Below are positions 56,941-64,000 of a stretch of 64,000 nt of DNA, piece by piece. How positions within the stretch are numbered: position 1 is the stretch's first letter; every line of letters begins with the position of its first letter. The translations under genes and the position numbers were made by a program. Origin of the DNA: an uncultured delta proteobacterium (GTDB lineage Bacteria; Myxococcota_A; Polyangia; Fen-1088); NCBI GenBank assembly GCA_963755125.1, contig CAVWIP010000010.1:224001-288000 (forward strand). Reading direction: 5' to 3'. The notes beneath the pieces were generated by a model. It saw only the letters and a program-made list of their open reading frames with translations. It searched no databases and was not told where the DNA came from.

Positions 56941-59708
56941 AGCGCATGAGTAGAAGAAGTGCATCGCTGCGGGCGCTCGCGCTCGCCCAGGGCTTGCTTC
57001 TGGTGGTCGCGGGCTGCAAATCGCCATCGGGCCAGGGAACGAACACTGGGGTCACCAGGCAGGCCCTGGTGGGCAAGGACGGCGCCCGGACGGTAAGCAC
57101 GGCAACGACCGTCAACTCGTATTCCGCGCTGGCGAATGACGCGACTGCGGGTACCGCAAGCGTGACCGTGGCCGCCATCTCCGACCTGGCCTCGGCCGAG
57201 GGCACGGATGGCGGGTTGCAGCCGCTGGCCGCCGGGGATCTGCTGCTCATCATCCAGATGGCTGGCGCCACCATCAGTGCTGCCGACACCGCCACCGGTG
57301 GCATCTCTGACTACGGCAGCGTGACCGCGCTCAACAACGCCGGCAACTACGAGTTGGCCGGCGTGGCGAGCATCTCGGGAAACACGATCACCTTGGCGTG
57401 CAGTCTGCAGAAGTCGTACACCGTGACGGGCAAGACTCAGGTCATTCGCGTCCCGCAGTACACTACGTTGACCATCAACAGCGGCGGCTCCATCACCGCG
57501 CCCGCATGGAATGGCACGGTGGGTGGCGTGGTTGCGGTGCAAGCCGCGACGACCTTGCAGCTCGATGGAACCATCGACGTCAGCGCCACGGGCTTCCGTG
57601 GCGGCGCTACCCACCAAGGCGCGAATTCCGGGACCGCCGATCAACCGACCTACCGTTGTACGAGCAGTGTGAGCACCACTGACCAGACGCTCAACTGTGG
57701 CGGCCAGAAGGGTGAGAGCATTGCAGGTGCGCCCGCCGACTACGACAGCCTGTTCTCGGGCCAATTAGGCCGGGGTGCACCGGCCAACGGCGGGGGCGGC
57801 GGCAACTGGCATAACGGTGGCGGCGGTGGTGGAGCGAACGCTGCGGCGATCGACGCCACGGACGCTGCCAGCGACCTGATCTGGAACGGCCAGGGCGTGA
57901 TGGCGCACAGTGTGGCCAACGACGCGCTGGCCTGGGCACTGGACGACGGCTATGCCTTGAATGACGACTTCACCAATTCTCCCGGTGGTGGTCGCGGTGG
58001 CTACACCTACTCGGCCAATGACCAGGACGCCACGACCGATGGGCCGGGAAACGCCGATTGGGGCGGAAACTACCGACGCGAGCGCGGTGGACTGGGCGGG
58101 CATCCGCTCACGAGCAGCACCGGCGGCGCAGGGGCGCGGCTCTTCCTGGGCGGCGGCGGTGGTTCGGGCGATGGAAACAACGGCTTCACCGGTCCGGGCG
58201 GCAACGGCGGCGGCCTTGCGTTCGTGATCGCGGGAACGGTCCAGGGTACGGGCAGCATCCTCGCAAATGGCGCAGACGGAGGCCCTGCTAACTCGGGAAC
58301 TGCCACTTCGGGCGACGGCCCAGGCGGCGGCGGTGGCGGCGGCACGGTGGTGGTTCACGCGGCCGCGCTGTCGGGAATTACCGTGGCGGCCAATGGCGGT
58401 AAGGGCGGAAACCAGCACCTCGCTGGCGTCCCCGAGGCCGAAGGTCCTGGCGGTGGCGGCGGCGGCGGCTACGTTGCCTTGTCGGGCGGCACGCCGGCAG
58501 CGGTCTCGGCCGATCCTGGCGTGGGCGGCACGACCGACTCGATCGGCCTGACCGAGTTCCCGTCCAACGGCGCGACCGCAGGCCACGTCGGCATCGTCGA
58601 TGACAGCGCCGCGACCATCCTGTATTGCACCAGCCCGACCACGGTGATCGCCACCTACCCCCACAATCCCACGAACGTGACCGCAGGAGCCTTCACTTTC
58701 ACCAGCCCCGAGAGCGGGGTCAGCTTTTCGTGCAACCTGGACAGCACGGGCTACGCGGCCTGCTCGGCGTCATACACGACCCCTGCCCTGAACGACGGAT
58801 CGCACACCCTCAACGTGCAGGCCACGGACATCAACGGCAACGTGGGCGCCACCGCTACCTACACCTGGACCGTGGACACGGTGCCGCCGGATACCTTCAT
58901 ATTGAGTGGTCCCAACGATCCTAGCAGCAGTTCCACTGCACACTTCATTTTCTCCAGCGACGAGTCGGGCGAGGCGGGTGAGGCGGGCATCACCTTCTGG
59001 TGCGGGCTGGACGATTCCAACCCCGCGGACTTTGCCGCCTGCCCGGCCGACTACACGATCAATGGCCTGGCCGATGGATCGCACACCTTGTACGTGAGTG
59101 CGAAGGACGCCGCCGGCAACTTGGACCCCTCGCCCGCCGCCTGGCCTTGGACAGTACACGCCACGGGCCTCGATGGAGGCGTCGAAGACGCTGGCGCCGA
59201 CGCGCAAGCAATCGATGGCGCGCTGGTATTCGAGGACGCGAGCGGGCCGGACACGGCTGCGCCGGCCGCTGATGGTCCTGGCACCGTGGTCTTCGCGGAC
59301 GCGGCTGCAGACGTCGTTGTGGCGGTCGACCTTGCCGCCCCGAACCGGGATGCGCCGGCTGTCAGCACGCCGGACGCAGCGGCCGATATGGGGGTCCTGG
59401 AGGATGCGAGTGAGGACGTGGGTGCCCTCGCAGCCGACGCCCAGATCGTTGTCGTGGATGCGCGTTCTGTCGATGTGGCCGCGACGCCCGATCAGGCTGT
59501 CTTGCCGGTAGTGCCGGATGCGGCGATAGTGACCATCCCTGATGCAGCCGTTGCCCCAACTCCGGACGCTCCTGTGGTGACCGGAACGCCGAAGGAAATG
59601 GGTTCCGGCTTCTGCGCCGTCAATCCCGTGAGGGACAGCGCACCCGGGCTCTTCACCTTCTTCCTGGTGGGCGCCTTCGGGCTACTGCTGCGGCGCCGGC
59701 GCCGCTGA
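56937..59708 (+). CDS. Gly-rich AgmC-like surface adhesin with two Ig-like domains and MYXO-CTERM-type tail
   Basis: VNSY, GDLLLIIQM, TQVIRVPQY, WNGTVGGVV, GFRGG; DGSHT Ig repeats; GSGFCAV..hydrophobic..RRRRR; ATGA overlap. Confidence 0.8.
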   Translation: MKRMSRRSASLRALALAQGLLLVVAGCKSPSGQGTNTGVTRQALVGKDGARTVSTATTVNSYSALANDATAGTASVTVAAISDLASAEGTDGGLQPLAAGDLLLIIQMAGATISAADTATGGISDYGSVTALNNAGNYELAGVASISGNTITLACSLQKSYTVTGKTQVIRVPQYTTLTINSGGSITAPAWNGTVGGVVAVQAATTLQLDGTIDVSATGFRGGATHQGANSGTADQPTYRCTSSVSTTDQTLNCGGQKGESIAGAPADYDSLFSGQLGRGAPANGGGGGNWHNGGGGGGANAAAIDATDAASDLIWNGQGVMAHSVANDALAWALDDGYALNDDFTNSPGGGRGGYTYSANDQDATTDGPGNADWGGNYRRERGGLGGHPLTSSTGGAGARLFLGGGGGSGDGNNGFTGPGGNGGGLAFVIAGTVQGTGSILANGADGGPANSGTATSGDGPGGGGGGGTVVVHAAALSGITVAANGGKGGNQHLAGVPEAEGPGGGGGGGYVALSGGTPAAVSADPGVGGTTDSIGLTEFPSNGATAGHVGIVDDSAATILYCTSPTTVIATYPHNPTNVTAGAFTFTSPESGVSFSCNLDSTGYAACSASYTTPALNDGSHTLNVQATDINGNVGATATYTWTVDTVPPDTFILSGPNDPSSSSTAHFIFSSDESGEAGEAGITFWCGLDDSNPADFAACPADYTINGLADGSHTLYVSAKDAAGNLDPSPAAWPWTVHATGLDGGVEDAGADAQAIDGALVFEDASGPDTAAPAADGPGTVVFADAAADVVVAVDLAAPNRDAPAVSTPDAAADMGVLEDASEDVGALAADAQIVVVDARSVDVAATPDQAVLPVVPDAAIVTIPDAAVAPTPDAPVVTGTPKEMGSGFCAVNPVRDSAPGLFTFFLVGAFGLLLRRRRR

Positions 59709-60947
59709 CAACGGGCACATTTCCACGGGTCGCTTGGTCGCCCGCAGTAAGAACGCGCACGCCGCGAGCCAAACCACAATTTGGCCCGCGACATAGATCC
59801 TGTTCCAAGGTGCAGGCAGCAGATACAGACCGCCCGGAGCCATGGTGCTGCACACCATGGCCGCAAGCAGTGATCCGGCCCAGACCTTCTGCCCGTCGGG
59901 CTGGCCCTGCTTGGCGAGGCGGAACAGCGCAATCATGGGAATGAGCAAGAGCAAATCGTCGTACCAGCCGTGATAGGTCCAGAAACGCGCAGTGAACGCG
60001 GCGGCGCTCATCAGCAGCCAGGGATCAGCGCGCCGATGGCGCCAGGACCACACCGCGAGAAATCCCAGGAGCACGAGAGAGACCGGAGCATTCCAGGCAG
60101 GTCGGCCCGCAGCGCCGAGGCAGGAGTGCAGGTTGGCGTGGCCGTAGCTCGCGGCACCTGTCATCGAGGCATCTTCGGTCCGCGACAAGAACTGGTGGCA
60201 TAGCTGGACGGAGCTCACGGGCTGCGCCAGCCCCGCTGTGCCCGTGAGCCCGATGTAGATCGCCACGATCGCAACCGCCGGGAAAAACTTCTTGCGGCGG
60301 AAGAGCACCATCCAGAAGAAAGGCGCCGCGAGTGATGGTTTCACCAAGGCCCCGACGAAACCCAGAACGGCAAACGCCAGGGGCATGGCCCGGTCCTCGC
60401 GCAGCAGGATGGGCAGGCTTGCGATCAGACACGCAACCACCAGCACGGTCAGTTGTCCATTCCCCGTGGCGGCGCCCGTCGCGTACATGGCCGGCGGCAG
60501 CAGCATGACCAGCCGGCGCTCGGCGTCCGTCGTGGCCCCGCTGCCTCGCGCCACCATCCGCGCCATGCAAACCAGCGCAACAAGCGTGAGCAGGGCCCAC
60601 AGCCAACGTGCGACGGTGAAACTTGGCCAGCCCAGGATTGGCCACAGCATGGTCATCGATGCGGGTGGGTACGAGGCCGTGCCGATCAATCGGTACACGG
60701 CCAGTCCGGCGAACAAGGCTCGCGTCTCGGTGTAGCGCTGCCGTAGGTCGATCGCACCCAGCGGCGGTCCCTGCCAAAGCAGGCGCCAGGTTTCGTAGGA
60801 TAACCAGACCGCTGCCGCCAGGGCCATGAGCACCGCCGCCCACCGCAGGACTGCCGATCCACTCCTGCCCCACCAGACCAGAATCCGCGTCGCGGATGGC
60901 ATGGGGCCTGAGCCTGACCCGAGAGGTCGCTCGTCTGGCGCACTCAT
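59682..60947 (-). CDS. Glycosyltransferase family 87 (GT-C) membrane protein
   Basis: ID, YPP, GNGQ, VKP, WYDD motifs with multiple TM helices. Confidence 0.78.
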   Translation of the reverse strand: MSAPDERPLGSGSGPMPSATRILVWWGRSGSAVLRWAAVLMALAAAVWLSYETWRLLWQGPPLGAIDLRQRYTETRALFAGLAVYRLIGTASYPPASMTMLWPILGWPSFTVARWLWALLTLVALVCMARMVARGSGATTDAERRLVMLLPPAMYATGAATGNGQLTVLVVACLIASLPILLREDRAMPLAFAVLGFVGALVKPSLAAPFFWMVLFRRKKFFPAVAIVAIYIGLTGTAGLAQPVSSVQLCHQFLSRTEDASMTGAASYGHANLHSCLGAAGRPAWNAPVSLVLLGFLAVWSWRHRRADPWLLMSAAAFTARFWTYHGWYDDLLLLIPMIALFRLAKQGQPDGQKVWAGSLLAAMVCSTMAPGGLYLLPAPWNRIYVAGQIVVWLAACAFLLRATKRPVEMCPLSAAPAPQQ

Positions 60948-61004
60948 GCGCCATCTATATCATCGGTCGCGACTTGGTGGACGTCGGGAACGCGACGCGG
61001 AACC

Positions 61005-62735
61005 CTACTGCGACCAGGTGCCGGCGCCGACGTCGATCTTCCGGGAGGCCTGGTAGGTCGGCAGCAACGTTGTTCCGTTGTTGAGGATCAACGGCTGGAA
61101 CACATAAGTCGCCAGATAGTTGTGCACGCCTGGAGCGGTGGTGTCTTGGTTTCCATACCAGTGATCACCCCAGTACATGAAAACGGTCCCCTGGCTTCCC
61201 ACGATGGGCTGCACCCAAGTACTCTGGGTCATCCAGGTCAGCTTCCCCTGAGGCGCGATGTATCCCTGGTAGGTCCACGGCCCGTTCATGGATTTCGCTG
61301 TGGAATAGAAATCGTCGTTGGCTCGCCACCCTGTCTTGTCGGAGCCGATGAAGTAGTAGGTGCCGCTATTGTCCTTGAATACCGTGGGCGCTTCAATGCC
61401 GCCCGTGGTTCCGTTGAGGACTGAGTACTGTTTGCCGGACGTCCAACTGTGGCAGTCGCTGGCCAGGGTATAGACCCAGCCACTCTCCGTGACGACATAG
61501 GCACCCGTATCGTCGGCAAAGGCGCTCATGTCACTGTGGGCGGCAATGGCTCCGCCTGAGCTCAGCAGAGACCCCTTGAAGCTGTATACGGCGTTGACGG
61601 TAGGCGAGGTCGCGTACACGACTTCCTTGTCTGCCTGATAGGTGGTGTCGGCGGAATGAGCGTAGAGAACGAATTCCCCGGTGGCGGGACACTTGATGAT
61701 ATGCGGCCTCTCACCCTTTCGGTTCGGCCCGAGCTGGCCACCCGATTGCTGGGGCAGGATGATCCCGTTGTTGCCCTCCTTCTTCCATGTCACCAGATCT
61801 GGGGACGAGTACATCGAGAAGCCGTTGAAATCGTTGTCGGTCGTGGTGCTCAGGAAGTATTCGCCGTGCAAATAGAAGGTATTGCACACCCGGATGATGC
61901 CGCCGCCGTGGGCGTTGACCAGATCGCCGTCAGTGTCCTTGAACGTGATGCCGGGCGGGTCGGGCGGTGAGGGATCGGTCGCGCCAGGGCCAGGGTCGGT
62001 GAGAGTTCCGACAGGACCTGATCCCGCCGCAGCCCCGCAGGTGCCGTTGCCGCTGGAGCCACCGCTCGCGCTGGAGCCTCCCTTGCCACCGGAGCCGCCA
62101 ATCGCGCTGGAGCCTGCAGTGGTCGAAACTCCACCTGAGCTGGTGGTTCCACCAAAGCTCGACGTTCCGCCAGAGCCGGCGGTCGTGCTCTTGCCCGCGG
62201 TGCCGCCGTTCAGGGTCGACGTTCCGCCTGCTCCGGTCGTCCCGCCGCTCAGTCTGGTGGCGCCGCCTGCTCCGGTCGTGCCGCCGTTCAGGGTCGACGT
62301 TCCGCCTGCGCCAATCGTGCCGCCGCTCGGGCTCGTCGTTCCGCCTGCGCCAGTCGTGCCGCCGAGTCCGCTGCTGCTGCCACCCGCACCAGTCGTGCTG
62401 GCCGGTCCACTGCTCGTGCCACCCGCACCAGTCGTGCTGGCCGGTCCACTGCTCGTGCCACCCATACCGGTTGTGCTGCCGCCCGTGCTGGTCGCGCCAC
62501 CCTGTCCTGCCACAGCACCGGACCCGGTCGCGCCTCCGACGTTTGAGCTACCCACGGTCGTGGTCTGCCCCCCCGCTTGCTGAGTCCCTCGTGATCCGGT
62601 CGCACTCTGCGAGGAAGCGCCTCCCGTCGCGTTTCCTCCTGCACCAGCCGAAGAAGCGCCTGAACCGGCGCCGCCAGACGAGCAACCAATAGCGAGCGCC
62701 GCGAGCACCACTGCCAACTCTCTGGTTCGCTTCAT
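61005..62735 (-). CDS. GH43 glycoside hydrolase lipoprotein (beta-1,3-galactanase-like) with Gly/Ser/Thr linker
   Basis: Lipobox AIGC; NAHGGGI, YSSPDLVTW, ERP, EAP, Q-S-T motifs. Confidence 0.85.
   Translation of the reverse strand: MKRTRELAVVLAALAIGCSSGGAGSGASSAGAGGNATGGASSQSATGSRGTQQAGGQTTTVGSSNVGGATGSGAVAGQGGATSTGGSTTGMGGTSSGPASTTGAGGTSSGPASTTGAGGSSSGLGGTTGAGGTTSPSGGTIGAGGTSTLNGGTTGAGGATRLSGGTTGAGGTSTLNGGTAGKSTTAGSGGTSSFGGTTSSGGVSTTAGSSAIGGSGGKGGSSASGGSSGNGTCGAAAGSGPVGTLTDPGPGATDPSPPDPPGITFKDTDGDLVNAHGGGIIRVCNTFYLHGEYFLSTTTDNDFNGFSMYSSPDLVTWKKEGNNGIILPQQSGGQLGPNRKGERPHIIKCPATGEFVLYAHSADTTYQADKEVVYATSPTVNAVYSFKGSLLSSGGAIAAHSDMSAFADDTGAYVVTESGWVYTLASDCHSWTSGKQYSVLNGTTGGIEAPTVFKDNSGTYYFIGSDKTGWRANDDFYSTAKSMNGPWTYQGYIAPQGKLTWMTQSTWVQPIVGSQGTVFMYWGDHWYGNQDTTAPGVHNYLATYVFQPLILNNGTTLLPTYQASRKIDVGAGTWSQ
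62050..62680 (-). repeat. Low-complexity GGTTGAGG-type linker repeats
   Basis: 39-bp-period duplications such as GCCGGTCCACTGCTCGTGCCACCC. Confidence 0.8.
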
Positions 62736-62889
62736 AGATTCATTTCTCCACGTTAGGGTCGATCTCTCATAGGCTGCCTAGTAGGGGCGCCGTGAGCATG
62801 GAACGGGTCAGGAAAAATGTATTGTCCTCCATTCCAACAACGAAGTCCGCTCAGGAAAGCGTCGGCCCGCAGCGCGTTGTCTCTCGCAC

Positions 62890-63615
62890 TCACAGCGCAG
62901 GGAGCGCATCCCGACGCCGCCAGTGCACCGTAACCTGCGGGCTCTCGACCACCAGGGCCGCGAGGTAGCCAGGGGCCGGTTCCAGGGATCGAACGGCGTA
63001 CGTCTCCGGGGCTCTGGGCGCTCCTTCCACCCGGATGAGCCTGGCCGGCTCGCCGGGTGCCAGGCTCACGTCGAATGAATCGAGTGACCTCGACAGTCCC
63101 TCGCCCAGCGCCTTGAGAAAGGCTTCCTTGCGTGTCCAGCCAGCGAAGAACGCCCACCTGCGCTGCGCCGCCGGCAGGGAAGCCAGGGCGGCCTGCTCGA
63201 CGGGCGAGAAACAGGTCTTGACCAGGTCCTCCATGTCGCCGACATCGCGGATTTCTTCGACGTCGACGCCAACCTCCCGGTTCGCGCTCACGGCCACAAG
63301 CGCGATGAGGCCGGAATGGGACAGATTGAAACGCAAGCGTTCGGGAGGCGCCAGTCGGGGCTTCCCGTCGCTGCTGCTAGAAAACACGACGGCCTCCGGA
63401 CTGGTGCCCAGGTAGCCGGCCAGAACCAGGCGGAGCAGTCCGTGGGCGGCCAGGTAGCGCCGGCAGTCGGGGCTGAAGACGAAGCGCTCGGCGCGCGCCG
63501 CCTCGTCAGCCGAGATCACGCGGCCCAGCCGCTGCAGTTCAGCCTCCGGCACATCGAGAGACAGCGACCAGACGTGCACGTCGTCCGCCGCCAGACGCAG
63601 AAGATCCTCAGTCAT
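62890..63615 (-). CDS. 4'-phosphopantetheinyl transferase, Sfp type
   Basis: VHVW, GKP, FNLSHS, VGVDVE, WTRKEAFLKALGEGL. Confidence 0.93.
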   Translation of the reverse strand: MTEDLLRLAADDVHVWSLSLDVPEAELQRLGRVISADEAARAERFVFSPDCRRYLAAHGLLRLVLAGYLGTSPEAVVFSSSSDGKPRLAPPERLRFNLSHSGLIALVAVSANREVGVDVEEIRDVGDMEDLVKTCFSPVEQAALASLPAAQRRWAFFAGWTRKEAFLKALGEGLSRSLDSFDVSLAPGEPARLIRVEGAPRAPETYAVRSLEPAPGYLAALVVESPQVTVHWRRRDALPAL

Positions 63616-63786
63616 GAGATGGGCGATTGGTTGTCGGTGCCGCGGCCAAAGTCGCGGGCTCGTCTGTTGAGAATAGCAACGGGAATCGCCAGATCTTGCC
63701 ACCGTATTGCATCGAGTGGCAGTCACGTTGACGATGATTTCATCGAAAACGCGATGGGGTAGACTGTTGCGCCTTCCAGACACGCC

Positions 63787-64000
63787 ATGAGACCCTTCTT
63801 CTTTGGCCGCTCTGAGCGCCTTCTCTTCGGCACCTACCACGCGCCTGCCGTCCGGTCCCCGCGTCCAGGTGCTGTGTTGCTGTGCAACCCTTTCGGCCAG
63901 GACGCCATCTATGCTCACCGGATCTACGCGACGCTGGCCGCAAAATTGAGCAAGCTCGGCCAACATGTCCTGCGCTTCGACTACTACGGAACCGGTGACT
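63787..64000 (+). CDS. Alpha/beta hydrolase, truncated by the window end
   Basis: MRPFFFGRSERLLFGTYHAP..AVLLCNPFGQ..LRFDYYGTGD; absent from the ORF track because no stop lies inside the window. Confidence 0.85.
   Translation, partial: MRPFFFGRSERLLFGTYHAPAVRSPRPGAVLLCNPFGQDAIYAHRIYATLAAKLSKLGQHVLRFDYYGTGD

Noticed and set aside
63616..63966. N-terminal extension of the Sfp PPTase ORF
   Set aside because: Overlaps the divergent hydrolase gene on the plus strand; PPTase similarity starts at Met 63615

Overview
High-GC bacterial chromosomal segment, most likely Myxococcota/Polyangia-like. That inference rests on AgmX/PglI-C lipoproteins, a MYXO-CTERM-type tail, TSP3-OmpA and DAG-rich lipoprotein linkers. 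About 40 real CDSs are supported; most of the six-frame ORFs are GC-driven shadows. Housekeeping and metabolic genes: class II ribonucleotide reductase nrdJ with two near-perfect NrdR boxes, dusB, murB, glmS, an rpoZ between two RRM genes, and a DUF4912-GH57 branching enzyme-glgA glycogen operon. Signalling genes: an OmpR-family pair, a Ser/Thr kinase, a GAFTGA-less NtrC-like regulator, a PAS hybrid kinase and an FHA-GAF-SpoIIE phosphatase. Also present are two phosphopantetheinyl transferases and several envelope operons. The most striking feature is a 13.5-kb array of three paralogous giant lipoproteins (9136-22586) with 20, 15 and 13 copies of an 8-Cys ~50-aa repeat, a shared head domain and polyproline tails. 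They are mosaic to each other, two carry the same promoter signature, and a tiny 29-proline lipoprotein gene is divergent. Other notable signals: a perfect 15x octapeptide GASE array in the glycogen-linked DUF4912 protein, a modular palindromic intergenic repeat family (3 copies), an 11-bp-phased GTCA operator array, a leaderless TA-like nucleotidyltransferase pair, and a TraAB-like OmpA + adhesin pair. No rRNA, tRNA, CRISPR array, transposase, integrase or reverse transcriptase was recognised. Family calls are from motif recognition by eye, not database searches.
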